This document shows positions 37,013 to 48,681 of a DNA stretch of 64,000 nucleotides, piece after piece. The position numbers and the translations under genes were made by a program. The stretch comes from Escherichia coli (GTDB lineage: Bacteria > Pseudomonadota > Gammaproteobacteria > Enterobacterales > Enterobacteriaceae): NCBI RefSeq assembly GCF_003018255.1, contig NZ_CP027440.1; one strand, given 5' to 3'. Each line of letters opens with the position of its first letter. The first letter of the stretch is position 1. The notes under the pieces are model-generated. The model ran no database searches and had not been told where the DNA came from. It saw only the letters and a list, made by a program, of their open reading frames with translations.

Positions 37013-37595
37013 GCCTGATGCGACGCTAACGCGTCTTATCAGACCTACAAGTCCCGAGCACAGAACCGTAGGCCGGATAAGGCGTTCACGCCGCATCCGG
37101 CATTCAGTGCCTGATGCGACGCTGACGCGTCTTATCAGGCCTACAAGATCCGAGCACAGAACCGTAGGACGGATAAGGCGTTCACGCCGCATCCGGCATT
37201 CAGTGCCTGATGCGACGCTGACGCGTCTTATCAGGCCTACAAGATCCGAGCACAGAACCGTAGGACGGATAAGGCGTTCACGCCGCATCCGGCATTCAGT
37301 GCCTGATGCGACGCTGACGCGTCTTATCAGGCCTACAAGACCCGAGCACAGAGCCGTAGGACGGATAAGGCGTTTTACGCCGCATCCGGCATTCAGTGCC
37401 TGATGCGACGCTGACGCGTCTTATCAGGCCTACAAGATCCGAGCACAGAACCGTAGGCCGGATAAGGCGTTCACGCCGCATCCGGCATTCAGTGCCTGAT
37501 GCGACGCTGGCGCGTCTTATCAGGCCTACAAGATCCAAGCCCAGCCCCCCAGGACGGATAAGGCGTTTTACGCCGCATCCGGCAACCGTTGCCGG
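37013..37595. repeat. Tandem array of about six 96-97 bp BIME units (inverted REP pairs) between wcaK and wzxC
   Basis: Seen in sequence: unit gcctgatgcgacgctgacgcgtcttatcaggcctacaagatccgagcacagaaccgtaggacggataaggcgttcacgccgcatccggcattcagt begins at about 37013, 37109, 37205, 37301, 37398 and 37494 with few substitutions. Confidence 0.85.
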
Positions 37596-37611
37596 AACCG
37601 AAAACAACCAT

Positions 37612-39090
37612 TCACCCCGCCCGTAAAAGCATTTTCATTTTTTCGCTGCGACAAAACTGACGCTTCACTTCCACCACCAGCGGATGGCGTGACAGCACAA
37701 TCATCACCACAAACGCCAGCACGCCTGCGGCTATTTGCACCGCCAGCAGCATCCCCAGCGCCAGTTGCCCTTTCAGCACAATGCCCAGCGCATAACTGAC
37801 CCCCAGTGTCGGCAACGAGAGATAAAACGGCAGCCACAAACTCAGGATGTACTGGCGATAACTGGAACCAAGAACCGGTTTAATCATCACGAAGTAACTC
37901 AGAATGGTGTTGATAATCTGCACCAGCAGGAAACCGAGCGTGACGCCGATTGCGCCCGCCATCTGCCCACCAATAACAATCGCCGGAATAAACAGAAATG
38001 TTTTGAATACGTTGAATTTAAAGCTGATATCGACCCGCGCTTTCGCCATCAGCAGCGAACCAATCGGGTTACCCACCGAACGCAGCAGTCCCACCACACA
38101 CAGCAATTGCAGCACCGGAATAATGCTGTTCCACTTCTCACCAAAGACCAGCGGTACAAAGTTATTCGACACCACCATCAGCCCCAGCAGCGCCGGAAAG
38201 TTGATAATCCCCACCACCGACAGCAGCTTGTAGAAGTTGACGCGCAGCTTTTCGGTGTCGTCCTGAATTTTGGCAAATGCCGGAAACAACACGCGGGTGA
38301 TGATTGGGTTCAGCTTCATCGGCGGCACAACGGCCACGTTGTACGCCAGGTTGTATCCCCCTGCCACGCCCGCGCCGAGAATACGCGCCAGCACCAGCGT
38401 TGAAAGGTTAGTGTTGAGATAGTTGATGATGCTGTCCGCCGTCAGCCAGGCACCAAAGCGTAAGTTCGGTGCCACCGACGCCAGCGAGAAATGCAGACCG
38501 GGGCGATAAATTTTGCGACCAAAGTAGCCAAACAGCAGCGTTCTCACCGCACTATTGACCAGATAACCGAGGATCGCAGTCATCGCCAGCGGCCAGAAAT
38601 GGGCGCTAACCACCGTAAAAGTGAAGCCCGCCAGCACCGCGCTGGTTTCGATCATGCCGATTTTGTTGAACTCCAGCTCCTTCTGCATCAACGCGCGGAA
38701 CTGTTGCCCGTGGGGGATTACCACAAACGCCAGCGACAATGTTTTAATCAACGGTGCCAGGTCCGGGTTGTTCAGCACGTCACCAATGAGATCACTCAAC
38801 AAAAACACCGCCACACACACCACAAGCCCCAGCCCGACGTTTAGCCAGTACAGCGTGGTGAGTTCAAGGTGGCTGATTTCTTTTCGCTGAATAATCGAGT
38901 TAGCGATACCGAAGTCAGAAAGCGTATCTGCCAGCGCGATAATCACCAGCGACACGGTAAGCAGGCCGAACTGGTGGTTGTCGATAATCCGCGCCAGCAC
39001 GGTCATCTGCACCAGCCCAAGGCCGATGATGATCACCGTGGCAATCGCCGACCACTTCGCGCCGCTGATGGTTTTTTCACGTAAGCTCAT
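37612..39090 (-). CDS. wzxC: Colanic acid repeat-unit flippase
   Basis: 492 aa polytopic ORF; synteny. Confidence 0.9.
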   Translation of the reverse strand: MSLREKTISGAKWSAIATVIIIGLGLVQMTVLARIIDNHQFGLLTVSLVIIALADTLSDFGIANSIIQRKEISHLELTTLYWLNVGLGLVVCVAVFLLSDLIGDVLNNPDLAPLIKTLSLAFVVIPHGQQFRALMQKELEFNKIGMIETSAVLAGFTFTVVSAHFWPLAMTAILGYLVNSAVRTLLFGYFGRKIYRPGLHFSLASVAPNLRFGAWLTADSIINYLNTNLSTLVLARILGAGVAGGYNLAYNVAVVPPMKLNPIITRVLFPAFAKIQDDTEKLRVNFYKLLSVVGIINFPALLGLMVVSNNFVPLVFGEKWNSIIPVLQLLCVVGLLRSVGNPIGSLLMAKARVDISFKFNVFKTFLFIPAIVIGGQMAGAIGVTLGFLLVQIINTILSYFVMIKPVLGSSYRQYILSLWLPFYLSLPTLGVSYALGIVLKGQLALGMLLAVQIAAGVLAFVVMIVLSRHPLVVEVKRQFCRSEKMKMLLRAG

Positions 39091-39091
39091 A

Positions 39092-40486
39092 TCAATATGC
39101 CGCTTTGTTAACGAAACCTTTGAATACCGTCAGGAAAACGATTTTGATATCGAACCAGACGCTCCATTCGCGGATGTACTCAAGGTCGAACTCGACGCGT
39201 TTTTCCATTTTCTCCAGTGTGTCGGTTTCGCCGCGCCAGCCGTTAATCTGCGCCCAGCCGGTAATGCCCGGTTTCACTTTATGGCGCAGCATGTAGCCTT
39301 CAATGAGCTGGCGATACTGTTCGTTATGCGCCACCGCGTGCGGACGTGGCCCGACAATCGACATCCCGCCAGTCAGCACATTGATAAACTGCGGCAATTC
39401 ATCCAGCGAGGTGCGGCGCAGAAAGTTCCCCACTTTGGTGACGCGCGGATCGTTCTGCGTCGCCTGGGTCACCACTTTGTCGTTCTCCATCACTTTCATG
39501 GAACGGAACTTCCACACTTTGATCGGCTTGCCGTCCATGCCGTAGCGAGTCTGGCGGAAAATAACCGGCCCCGGTGAGCTCAGTTTCACCGCCAGCGCAA
39601 TGCAGCACAGCACCGGGGAGATCAGCAGCAGGATAAGCGTCGCCAGCACAATATCTTCCGCACGTTTGAGCAGGCGGTTAACCCCGGAAAGCGGCGTGTC
39701 ATACAGCGGCACCACCGGAACGCCGTTCATCTCTTCGAGACGTGAATGGAGAATGTTGAAGGTAAAGACATCGGGGATCAGCAGCACCGAACAGGTGGTA
39801 TCCGCCAGTTGATGGACCAGTTTTTTCACTCGCGCGCCGTCGCACATTTGCATTGCGATATAGACGTTATGAATCTTGCCCGCTTTCGCATCCTCGACCA
39901 GCTGTTGCAGATTGCCCGCCCAGTCGTTAGAAACGCCGCCCGGTTTCGGGTCGTGGTAAACGCCCACCACTTCAAACCCTAACCACGGCTGATTACGGAA
40001 GCTCTCCATCAGCATTTGTCCGGCGGCTAAATCTCCCGCTACGGCGACCATGCGCTTGTTATAGCCATGATTACGCAGCCAGCCCGCCCCAATGCGAATA
40101 CACGAACGGCAAACCACCAGTCCGATGCTGGTCAGCCCATACCACGCCAGCCAGATTTTCAGTTGCGTGTCGAAATCATTGTTGAACGCCACCAGCCCGG
40201 CGCTGAAAATCACGCTTAACGTCCAGTTTTGTAGCAGCAGGGCAAATTCTGTCGCTGCCCGAACACCGCGCCATGAGCGATAAAAATCGGTGATGCCGCC
40301 CAGCATCTGGAACACCACCAGCGTAATCAGCGCCACCAACAGGTGCATGTAGAGGAATGACAGTCCGCTGACTTCGCAAACCAGCCATAGCCCGGCAAAC
40401 ATGATGGTGATATCTGAAAAGCGTTGCACCATAGAGATTAACGATGCATTGGTTTTCGCTCGCTCGCGCTTTTTTAGATTTGTCAT
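39092..40486 (-). CDS. wcaJ: Undecaprenyl-phosphate glucose phosphotransferase
   Basis: 464 aa ORF with N-terminal TM segments and C-terminal sugar-transferase domain (ELPQFINVLTGGMSIVGPRP); synteny. Confidence 0.92.
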   Translation of the reverse strand: MTNLKKRERAKTNASLISMVQRFSDITIMFAGLWLVCEVSGLSFLYMHLLVALITLVVFQMLGGITDFYRSWRGVRAATEFALLLQNWTLSVIFSAGLVAFNNDFDTQLKIWLAWYGLTSIGLVVCRSCIRIGAGWLRNHGYNKRMVAVAGDLAAGQMLMESFRNQPWLGFEVVGVYHDPKPGGVSNDWAGNLQQLVEDAKAGKIHNVYIAMQMCDGARVKKLVHQLADTTCSVLLIPDVFTFNILHSRLEEMNGVPVVPLYDTPLSGVNRLLKRAEDIVLATLILLLISPVLCCIALAVKLSSPGPVIFRQTRYGMDGKPIKVWKFRSMKVMENDKVVTQATQNDPRVTKVGNFLRRTSLDELPQFINVLTGGMSIVGPRPHAVAHNEQYRQLIEGYMLRHKVKPGITGWAQINGWRGETDTLEKMEKRVEFDLEYIREWSVWFDIKIVFLTVFKGFVNKAAY

Positions 40487-40540
40487 CGTTGTTCCTGTTA
40501 TTAGCCCCTTACCCGCAGTGGGGTAAGGGAAGATCCGACA

Positions 40541-41911
40541 TTACTCGTTCAGCAACGTCAGCAGAGTTCGCGTTCGCGCTTCCATCAGCGGCACGTCACC
40601 GCGCGATTCCACATTCAACCGCACCACCGGTTCGGTGTTGGAGGAGCGCAGATTAAAGCGCCAGTCGGCAAAGGTCATACTGATGCCATCGGTGCGATCC
40701 ACCGCCAGCGCCTCACGGCTAAAATGCTGTTCGACGCGGTTAATCGCCTCAACGGGTTGCGCCAGTTTGCTGTTGATCTCACCGCTTGCCGGAAACGCTG
40801 CCATCCGGTCGCGCACCAGTTCGCCCAGCGTTTTTCCTTTCAGGCACACCAGTTCGGCCACCAGCAGCCATGGGATCATGCCGCTGTCGCAGTAAGCAAA
40901 ATCACGGAAGTAATGGTGGGCGCTCATTTCGCCACCGTAGATGGCGTCTTCCTTGCGCATCCGTTCTTTAATAAAGGCGTGTCCGGTTTTCGACATTACC
41001 GGGGTGCCGCCTGCGGCAGTCACCACATCAACGGTGTTCCAGGAGAGACGCGGATCGTGGATGATCTTCGCGCCGGGATTATTTTCGAGGAACGCTTCTG
41101 CCAGCAGGCCGACAATGTAGTAGCCCTCGATAAACTGCCCTTTTTCGTCAAACAGAAAACAGCGGTCAAAATCGCCATCAAAGGCAATGCCCATATCCGC
41201 GCCGTGTTTGATGACCGCATTGCGGGTGTCGTCGCGGCATTCCGGCAGCAGCGGGTTAGGAATTCCGTTGGGGAAATTGCCGTCCGGCGTGTTGTGCACT
41301 TTGATCAATTCCACTGGTGCGCCGAGGGCTTTAAAGCGGGCTTCAATGGCGTCCACCACCGGACCCGCTGCGCCGTTCCCGGAGTTGATCACCAGCTTGA
41401 GCGGCGTGAGGTTTTTGACGTTGATATAACCGAACAGGTGATCAACGTAAGCGTCACGCAGATTGATTTGCTGATAGCGACCGCGTTTGGTTTCATCAAC
41501 GGGAGAGAAGTCGTTGGCTTCTGCCAGACGCTGGACATCGCGCAGTCCGGTATCACCGCTGATCGGGCGAGCCCCTTCGCGCACCAGCTTCATGCCGTTA
41601 TAATCCATCGGATTATGGCTGGCGGTAACTTCAATGCCGCCATCCACGCCGAGATGGAACGTGGCGAAATAGATCTCTTCGGTGCCGGACATACCAATAT
41701 CCAGCACATCGACGCCCGCATCCTGTAAACCTTTCGCCAGCGCCAGTTTTAAGGTTTCGCTGGTGAGGCGGGCATCACCACCTAACACAATGGTTTTCGG
41801 TTTGAGAAATTCGCCATAGGCGCGACCAATGCGCCAGGCGATATCTTCATTCAGTTCTTCGCCTAATTTTCCGCGAATATCATAGGCTTTAAAGCAGGTT
41901 AATTTTTTCAT
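40541..41911 (-). CDS. cpsG: Phosphomannomutase
   Basis: ORF 40541..41959; start placed at [17 protein letters not shown]; phosphohexomutase active-site region TASHNP. Confidence 0.93.
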   Translation of the reverse strand: MKKLTCFKAYDIRGKLGEELNEDIAWRIGRAYGEFLKPKTIVLGGDARLTSETLKLALAKGLQDAGVDVLDIGMSGTEEIYFATFHLGVDGGIEVTASHNPMDYNGMKLVREGARPISGDTGLRDVQRLAEANDFSPVDETKRGRYQQINLRDAYVDHLFGYINVKNLTPLKLVINSGNGAAGPVVDAIEARFKALGAPVELIKVHNTPDGNFPNGIPNPLLPECRDDTRNAVIKHGADMGIAFDGDFDRCFLFDEKGQFIEGYYIVGLLAEAFLENNPGAKIIHDPRLSWNTVDVVTAAGGTPVMSKTGHAFIKERMRKEDAIYGGEMSAHHYFRDFAYCDSGMIPWLLVAELVCLKGKTLGELVRDRMAAFPASGEINSKLAQPVEAINRVEQHFSREALAVDRTDGISMTFADWRFNLRSSNTEPVVRLNVESRGDVPLMEARTRTLLTLLNE

Positions 41912-42001
41912 ATCGTTACCCTTTTTCAGGCAATAGTTGGCCCTGACCGAAGCGGCCAATTTTGTTTTTGTCGTTATTTACATCGCGGTTTCGCATTCAT
42001 T

Positions 42002-42103
<102 letters not shown>

Positions 42104-43540
42104 TTACACCCGTCCGTAGCGATCCGCGAAGCGCACCACATCATCCTCTTCGAGATAAGAGCCGGAGCGCACTTCAATTAAATCGAGCGGAATTTTCCCC
42201 GGGTTTTCCAGGCAATGCGTCGCCCCCAGCGGAATATAAATGGACTCGTTTTCACCAAGGAGTTTGATATCACCGTCGATAGTGACTTTTGCCGTTCCCG
42301 CGACCACTACCCAGTGTTCCGCGCGGTGATGGTGCATCTGTACTGACAAGCCTTCGCCCGGTTTCACGGTGATGCGTTTCACCTGGTAGCGGTCGCCCGC
42401 GTCGATAGAGTCATATTTGCCCCACGGACGATACACTTCGCGATGCACCCGATGCTCATGGCGACCATCGGCTTTGATCTGCTCGACCACTTTTTTCACA
42501 TCCTGCACCGCGTTACGGTCGGCAATCAGCACCGCATCTTTGGTCTGCACCACCACCAGATCTTTCACCCCGACGGTGGTGACCAGGCCAGATTCGGCAT
42601 ACACATAGCTGTTTTCAGTTTTGTGATTAATCACATCGCCGTGGCAAACGTTGCCCTCGGCGGTGTGGGCGCTGATCTCCCATAAAGAGGACCAGGAACC
42701 GACATCGCTCCAGCCCGCATCCATCGGCACCACAACAGCATCTGCCGTACGTTCCATGACTGCGTAATCCACCGACTCTTCCGGGCAGGCGAGAAACGCT
42801 TCTTCATCCACACGAATAAAATCGAGATCCGGATCGATGGCGCTCATCGCTTTTTCACAGGCGTCGAGAATATCCGGGCGATATTTTTTCAGTTCTTCGA
42901 GATAGCGTCCGGCGCGGAACAGAAACATACCGCTGTTCCAGTAATATTCGCCGCTTGCCACATAGGCCTGCGCGGTTTCCAGATTCGGTTTTTCGACAAA
43001 CTGCGCCACTTCAAAGGCCACCGTATCCTGCTCACCCGCAGACACTTCACCGCGACGAATATAGCCATATCCGGTTTCAGGTAGATCCGGCACAATGCCG
43101 AAGGTCACCAGCTTGCCCGCTTCGGCATACGGCATGGCATTACGCACGGCGGTGCGAAAAGCGTCTTCATCGGCAATCACATGATCCGCCGCCAGCACCA
43201 GCATTAATGGGTCGCTCTCCGGGCTATGACGTTTTGCCGCCAGCGCCGCCAGCGCAATGGCAGGTGCAGTGTTACGCCCTGCCGGTTCGAGAATAATATT
43301 CTCGGTGAGTTTGTTCAGTTGACGCAGCTGTTCCGCGACAATAAAGCGGTGCTGCTCATTGCAAATCACCACCGGGCTTTCGCACTCCACGCCGTTCAGG
43401 CGGCAGATGGTGGTTTGCAGCATGGTGAGATCGCCTTTCAGGCATAAAAACTGCTTGGGGTAAAGTACGCGGGAAAGCGGCCATAAGCGGCTACCGGAGC
43501 CACCTGCCATCACAACTGGATAGAGTTTCGACTGCGCCAT
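42104..43540 (-). CDS. cpsB: Mannose-1-phosphate guanylyltransferase
   Basis: 478 aa [27 protein letters not shown] with C-terminal cupin domain; synteny. Confidence 0.93.
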   Translation of the reverse strand: MAQSKLYPVVMAGGSGSRLWPLSRVLYPKQFLCLKGDLTMLQTTICRLNGVECESPVVICNEQHRFIVAEQLRQLNKLTENIILEPAGRNTAPAIALAALAAKRHSPESDPLMLVLAADHVIADEDAFRTAVRNAMPYAEAGKLVTFGIVPDLPETGYGYIRRGEVSAGEQDTVAFEVAQFVEKPNLETAQAYVASGEYYWNSGMFLFRAGRYLEELKKYRPDILDACEKAMSAIDPDLDFIRVDEEAFLACPEESVDYAVMERTADAVVVPMDAGWSDVGSWSSLWEISAHTAEGNVCHGDVINHKTENSYVYAESGLVTTVGVKDLVVVQTKDAVLIADRNAVQDVKKVVEQIKADGRHEHRVHREVYRPWGKYDSIDAGDRYQVKRITVKPGEGLSVQMHHHRAEHWVVVAGTAKVTIDGDIKLLGENESIYIPLGATHCLENPGKIPLDLIEVRSGSYLEEDDVVRFADRYGRV

Positions 43541-43542
43541 AA

Positions 43543-44766
43543 TTATCCCCGAATATCATTTATAAATTGACGTAACACGTTCTCTTTATCGAGCGTGCGT
43601 TCGGCATATTCACGTGCCACCGTGTTGTGTTTGGGCAGCAGGAGCGCCTGACGAATCCCCGCCACCAGCGCCTCGACCGATTCCGGTTCCACGCAAACCG
43701 CAATGCCCGGAAAGGTTTCGCAAAGCTGTCCCAGTTCGGTGTGGGCTTCTGCGGTAATCACCGCGTTACCGCCTACCGCCAGAATATTGGTCAGTTTCGA
43801 CGGCAATACGGCATCTGCCGCGCCGCGTTTTTGCACCACCAGATGGCAATCGCCCATCTTCAGCAGTGCGGGTAAAGCGTCATACGATTGCAGCGGAAAA
43901 AATTGCATGTTGCGCAGTCCACGCTGCTGCGCCATTTTTTCCAGCCGCGCTTTGCCGCCGCCCTGCCCGACAATGGCAAAAATCAGCGGTTCATCGCGCA
44001 GGCGATCGGCAGCTTCAATAACGTTTTCCAGCCCCTGCTTTTCACCAATATTGCCGGAGTAAAGAATGATTTTTTTGTTATCCGGCAGGCCAAGCTGGTT
44101 ACGAAGGGCATCAACATCGGCATTTGCAACATGCTGAAAACGGGCGATTTCCGACCAGTTGGGGAAGAAGATGACGTTTTCCGCCGCCACGCCTTTTTCG
44201 ATAGCTTTATTCATCATCGAACGCGAAATCGTGGAGACGTTATCGACGTTATGCAGTCCGCTACGTTCGAACGCCGTTGCCAGCTGTGCCACTTTGCCGC
44301 CTTTACCTTTTCCGGCAAGGCCCAGCCCCAGCATGGCGTCCACTTCGTAATCCTGAATATGGAGCACCGTGCGCGCCCCAGAGAGTTTCGCCAGCAGGCG
44401 CATTCCCGGCGTGCAAAACAGCGTTGGCACCACGCCAATAATGCGATCCGGCTGCCAGCGACGTTGCGCCATCAACGGGAAAAAACTGCTGACGGCAAAA
44501 CTGCCGAGATGCAACAGGCGTTTCAGGGTGCTCGGCTGTTTTGGCACGTACAGCGGGCAGCGCCACACCGTGGCGGCCCCCTCTTCTCGTTTGTACCGCC
44601 AGGCGGAATAGTTCTCGCCCACCTGCCATTGCGGGTAGTAAGGCGGTGCGGTAATAACCCGCACCTCATGACCTTGCGCCGCAAGCCATTCCACCATCTC
44701 GCCGGTGTATTTGCCGATGCCGGTTAACTCCGGCGAGTAGTTAATGCCGTAGACCAGTATTTTCAT
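43543..44766 (-). CDS. wcaI: Colanic acid glycosyltransferase WcaI
   Basis: 407 aa GT-B-like ORF; synteny. Confidence 0.9.
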   Translation of the reverse strand: MKILVYGINYSPELTGIGKYTGEMVEWLAAQGHEVRVITAPPYYPQWQVGENYSAWRYKREEGAATVWRCPLYVPKQPSTLKRLLHLGSFAVSSFFPLMAQRRWQPDRIIGVVPTLFCTPGMRLLAKLSGARTVLHIQDYEVDAMLGLGLAGKGKGGKVAQLATAFERSGLHNVDNVSTISRSMMNKAIEKGVAAENVIFFPNWSEIARFQHVANADVDALRNQLGLPDNKKIILYSGNIGEKQGLENVIEAADRLRDEPLIFAIVGQGGGKARLEKMAQQRGLRNMQFFPLQSYDALPALLKMGDCHLVVQKRGAADAVLPSKLTNILAVGGNAVITAEAHTELGQLCETFPGIAVCVEPESVEALVAGIRQALLLPKHNTVAREYAERTLDKENVLRQFINDIRG

Positions 44767-45242
44767 AATCCGGGTACTCCGGCACGCTTCTCAGCGAGAA
44801 AATAGGCGCGGCTGTTAGCGTGAACATTGTCACTGGCGAGCAGTGCGTCCGGCGTCAGCCAGCGGTAATCGTCATGCTGCTCATCCGGCAGTAACAGCTC
44901 TTCTTCCACTACTCTGAAGCGAAAACCGAGCACCACATAGTGAGTGGTGAAATCCGTGCCGGAGAAGTTATCGTCATAAAAGTGCTGCCAGACACCGTAA
45001 AACTGGCCTGCTGTTATCGGCAGACGCAGCCCCAGTTCCGCCATCGTCAGCCGCTCAAATGCGGCTTCCAGCGTTTCGTCTTTCTGCACGCGCCCTCCCG
45101 GCACAAACCAGTAACCCTGCGCCGGGCGGTTGGTTCTTTTGCCAAGCAGAAACTCGCCGCGACTGTTCTCGACAATAAAGTCGAGAGAGACAAGCGGTGT
45201 GGAGCGCACTACCGTGGCAAAGTCTTCCTGACGTAAAAACAT
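44763..45242 (-). CDS. gmm: GDP-mannose mannosyl hydrolase (Nudix)
   Basis: ORF 44763..45245; start at the second Met ([12 protein letters not shown]); Nudix-like. Confidence 0.9.
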   Translation of the reverse strand: MFLRQEDFATVVRSTPLVSLDFIVENSRGEFLLGKRTNRPAQGYWFVPGGRVQKDETLEAAFERLTMAELGLRLPITAGQFYGVWQHFYDDNFSGTDFTTHYVVLGFRFRVVEEELLLPDEQHDDYRWLTPDALLASDNVHANSRAYFLAEKRAGVPGL

Positions 45243-45244
45243 CA

Positions 45245-46210
45245 TTACCCCCGAAAGCGGTCTTGATTCTCAAGGAACCACTGGTAAGTGCTGGCAAGCC
45301 CCGCTTCCAGTGAGATTTCGTGATACCAGCCAAGCTGATGCAGGCGCGTCACATCCAGCAGTTTGCGCGGTGTACCATCCGGTTTACTGGCATCAAAAAC
45401 CACCCGACCTTTGTAACCCACCACTTTGGCGATGGTTTGCGCCAGCTCGCGGATAGTGCAGTCAACGCCCGTGCCGACGTTAATGTGCGACAGCATCGGC
45501 TGGGTGTTTTCCAGCCAGACTTCGTGCGCCAGCTCCATGACATGAATGCTCGCCGCCGCCATATCATCGACGTGCAGGAATTCACGCATCGGTGTACCGC
45601 TGCCCCATACCACCACGTCCGGCGCATTCTGTGCCGTCGCCTCGTGGAAGCGACGCAGCAATGCAGGTATCACATGGGAGTTACTCGGGTGGAAGTTGTC
45701 ATGCGGCCCGTACAGGTTGGTCGGCATGACTGAGCGGTAATCGCGTCCGTACTGGCGATTGTAAGATTCGCACAGTTTGATCCCGGCGATTTTGGCAATA
45801 GCATAAGGCTCGTTAGTCGGCTCCAGCGTGCCCTGCAACAACTCGCTTTCTGCCATCGGCTGTTTTGCCAGTTTCGGGTAGATGCAGGACGATCCGAGAA
45901 ACAGCAGTTTGTTCACGTCGTTCTGATGCGCGGCGTGAATGATGTTGCTCTCAATCATCATGTTCTGGTAGATGAAATCCGCCGGATACGTGTTGTTGGC
46001 AACAATGCCGCCCACTTTCGCCGCCGCCAGATAGACCTGGTCAATGCTTTCGCTGGCAAAGAAATCATGCACCGCGCGGCTGTCCAGCAGGTTCAGCTCG
46101 TCGCGGGTGCGTAATACCAGCTCTACATCACCGCGCTGTTCGAGCTGCCGCCTGATGGCGGAACCGACCATCCCGCGATGGCCAGCAATAAAAATGCGTT
46201 GTTTACTCAT
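45245..46210 (-). CDS. fcl: GDP-L-fucose synthase
   Basis: 321 aa [25 protein letters not shown]; synteny with gmd. Confidence 0.95.
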   Translation of the reverse strand: MSKQRIFIAGHRGMVGSAIRRQLEQRGDVELVLRTRDELNLLDSRAVHDFFASESIDQVYLAAAKVGGIVANNTYPADFIYQNMMIESNIIHAAHQNDVNKLLFLGSSCIYPKLAKQPMAESELLQGTLEPTNEPYAIAKIAGIKLCESYNRQYGRDYRSVMPTNLYGPHDNFHPSNSHVIPALLRRFHEATAQNAPDVVVWGSGTPMREFLHVDDMAAASIHVMELAHEVWLENTQPMLSHINVGTGVDCTIRELAQTIAKVVGYKGRVVFDASKPDGTPRKLLDVTRLHQLGWYHEISLEAGLASTYQWFLENQDRFRG

Positions 46211-46212
46211 GC

Positions 46213-47334
46213 TTATGACTCCAGCGCGATCGCCACGTCGTAGCCGTGAGATTTCAGCAGAGAGTGTTTTTTCGCCGCTTCGAGGTCATTAGCCACCATT
46301 TCAGACACCATCTCTCTGAGGGTGATTTCCGGTTTCCAGCCCAGTTTTTCGTGCGCTTTGGTCGGGTCGCCGAGCAGCGTTTCAACTTCCGCCGGACGGA
46401 AGTAACGCGGGTCAACGGCGATAATCACATCGCCCGGTTTAACGCCCGGCGCGTCATGCCCGGTGACGGAAACCACAATGCCCTTCTCTTCAACACCCGT
46501 GCCTTCAAAGCGCAGTTTGATGCCCAACTGTGCTGCCGCCATTTCCACGAACTGACGTACGGAGTACTGAACGCCGGTCGCGATAACGAAATCTTCCGGT
46601 TGTTCCTGTTGCAGCATCATCCACTGCATTTTTACGTAGTCTTTGGCGTGGCCCCAGTCACGCAGGGAATCCATATTGCCGAGATACAGGCACGACTCCA
46701 GCCCCTGGGCGATGTTGGCGATTGCGCGGGTGATTTTGCGGGTAACGAAAGTCTCGCCACGGCGCGGGGATTCATGGTTGAAGAGAATACCGTTACAGGC
46801 GTACATGTCGTAGGATTCGCGGTAGTTAACGGTGATCCAGTAGGCGTACAGTTTGGCGACCGCATACGGAGAGCGTGGGTAGAACGGCGTGGTCTCTTTC
46901 TGCGGAATTTCCTGCACCAGACCGTACAGTTCAGAAGTAGAAGCCTGATAGAAACGGGTTTTCTTTTCCAGACCGAGGAAGCGGATCGCCTCCAGCAGGC
47001 GCAGCGTACCCATCGCATCGACGTCTGCGGTATATTCCGGTGACTCAAAAGAAACCGCAACGTGGCTCATTGCGCCCAGGTTGTACACTTCATCCGGCTG
47101 CACTTCACGCAAAATACGCGTCAGGTTGGAGGTATCACTCAGGTCGCCATAATGCAGATGGAATTTCGGGTTGCAGGTGTGCGGATCCTGATAAATGTGA
47201 TCCACGCGCTCGGTGTTGAATGACGATGCACGACGCTTAATACCATGCACCTCGTAACCTTTTTCCAGCAGAAACTCTGCCAGGTAAGAACCGTCTTGTC
47301 CGGTTACACCGGTGATGAGAGCGACTTTTGACAT
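46213..47334 (-). CDS. gmd: GDP-mannose 4,6-dehydratase
   Basis: 373 aa [34 protein letters not shown]. Confidence 0.95.
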   Translation of the reverse strand: MSKVALITGVTGQDGSYLAEFLLEKGYEVHGIKRRASSFNTERVDHIYQDPHTCNPKFHLHYGDLSDTSNLTRILREVQPDEVYNLGAMSHVAVSFESPEYTADVDAMGTLRLLEAIRFLGLEKKTRFYQASTSELYGLVQEIPQKETTPFYPRSPYAVAKLYAYWITVNYRESYDMYACNGILFNHESPRRGETFVTRKITRAIANIAQGLESCLYLGNMDSLRDWGHAKDYVKMQWMMLQQEQPEDFVIATGVQYSVRQFVEMAAAQLGIKLRFEGTGVEEKGIVVSVTGHDAPGVKPGDVIIAVDPRYFRPAEVETLLGDPTKAHEKLGWKPEITLREMVSEMVANDLEAAKKHSLLKSHGYDVAIALES

Positions 47335-47360
47335 GTCTTATTCCTCTGTATTTTTTGAAT

Positions 47361-47909
47361 TTATTCAGTTTCAACGCGTTCGCGTATCACCACTGCGGGA
47401 TTCCCCCGGCAAACCACATTTGCCGGAAGCGATTTAAAAACACTGCTTCGTGCACCCACGACGGTGCCGTTGCCGATCGTGACGCCTGGGGCAACAAAGA
47501 CATCGGTTGCCAGCCAGCATTTCTCGCCAATCACAATAGGCGTGGCGTTAATGGTGAAATGTTGACTTGCATGGTCGTGGCTACCGGTGCATAAATAACT
47601 TTTTTGCGATATCACCGAATGTGCGCCAATGGTTATTTCACCGAGGGTATATAAATTGACGTCATCGCCGACCCACGCGTAATCACCTAAGGTTAATTTC
47701 CACGGATAGGTAATTTTTACTGACGGACGAATAACTACGTTTTTTCCTATTTTTGCGCCGAATAAACGTAATAAAAATGCCCGCCAGCGATACAATACTT
47801 GTGGCGACCAGGCAAATATTGTTGCCTGTACTGCCCACCACAATTGCACTTTAATAGCGTTGCCACCCCGGAACCCTTTCGGTACCGAGAAACCGCTTAA
47901 ATCTTGCAT
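47361..47909 (-). CDS. wcaF: Colanic acid acetyltransferase WcaF
   Basis: 182 aa ORF, left-handed beta-helix acetyltransferase-like; synteny. Confidence 0.9.
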   Translation of the reverse strand: MQDLSGFSVPKGFRGGNAIKVQLWWAVQATIFAWSPQVLYRWRAFLLRLFGAKIGKNVVIRPSVKITYPWKLTLGDYAWVGDDVNLYTLGEITIGAHSVISQKSYLCTGSHDHASQHFTINATPIVIGEKCWLATDVFVAPGVTIGNGTVVGARSSVFKSLPANVVCRGNPAVVIRERVETE

Positions 47910-47924
47910 CGTTTTCCCTTATAT

Positions 47925-48671
47925 TCAGCTTTTGTTATATAAGGCTTTCGTCTTTGAGGTAGTACGTTGGCGTAAATGCCAGGATAATTCTGCCCAGAAG
48001 CCAGGCACATGTAATATTTGCCGTTGGACTTTTTTGGCGTCAGCACACAATTCCATATTATTGGTGGTTGATACCCCACCCATAGAAAATTCAGACACCA
48101 GGCCATTGAGTTTTTTAAATGCATAACCGGCTTTATACATTTTGGCTACCAGCGCGTAGTCGGAAGAAACTTTATATTCCAGGTCATAACGCCATTTTTT
48201 CAAGCCGGACACCGGGAAAAATATCGCCTGATGACTGGCGGGCAGGCTGTGATAAATATACCAACCCGGTTTGGCGCTACGTTTAATTTTATGCCCGTCG
48301 CCAAAATCCAGCAGCGCATCGCCGGTGATCATCATGTTATCTTTTTGCACTTTTAACTTACGGACAAAATTTGCGGCATCCTGATGAAAAATATCGCCTG
48401 AGTTGAGAAACAACGCGAACTTGCCATGCGCCATCGCAATGCCTTTGTTCATGGCGTCGTAGATACCGTTATCTGGCTCGCTGACAAAGCGTAGGTTATA
48501 GATACCATTGAGATTTTCCAGATACTCACGGGTGCCGTCATTGGAACCGCCATCGACAACAATCCATTCGAAGCTGATATCGTCAGCCTGCGCCAGATGC
48601 GCCAACGAGGCATGTGTTTTGACTATCCCTGCGAGGTTACGAAACGCGACAGTGATTATGCTAAGCAACAT
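47925..48671 (-). CDS. wcaE: Colanic acid glycosyltransferase WcaE (GT2)
   Basis: 248 aa ORF with GT-A motif ([10 protein letters not shown]); synteny. Confidence 0.9.
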   Translation of the reverse strand: MLLSIITVAFRNLAGIVKTHASLAHLAQADDISFEWIVVDGGSNDGTREYLENLNGIYNLRFVSEPDNGIYDAMNKGIAMAHGKFALFLNSGDIFHQDAANFVRKLKVQKDNMMITGDALLDFGDGHKIKRSAKPGWYIYHSLPASHQAIFFPVSGLKKWRYDLEYKVSSDYALVAKMYKAGYAFKKLNGLVSEFSMGGVSTTNNMELCADAKKVQRQILHVPGFWAELSWHLRQRTTSKTKALYNKS

Positions 48672-48681
48672 GTTCTTATTC

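Noticed and set aside
37013-37595. Possible CRISPR array, given regularly spaced repeats
   Set aside because: The whole ~96-bp unit repeats with no unique spacers between copies, the repeat is the canonical E. coli REP sequence, and no cas genes are nearby.
36959-37626. Four overlapping ORFs (36959..37288, 37011..37403, 37296..37607, 37396..37626) with repeated peptide blocks
   Set aside because: They are produced by translating the tandem BIME/REP array; the internal peptide repeats mirror the 96-bp DNA repeat, and there are no independent start signals.
45231-45250. Apparent one-base mismatch between my hand-traced reading and the ORF-track frame at the gmm start and fcl stop
   Set aside because: Flanking anchors (the wcaI start at 44766 and the fcl start at 46210) agree with the ORF track, so this is most likely my own counting error, not a frameshift; the ORF-track coordinates were used.
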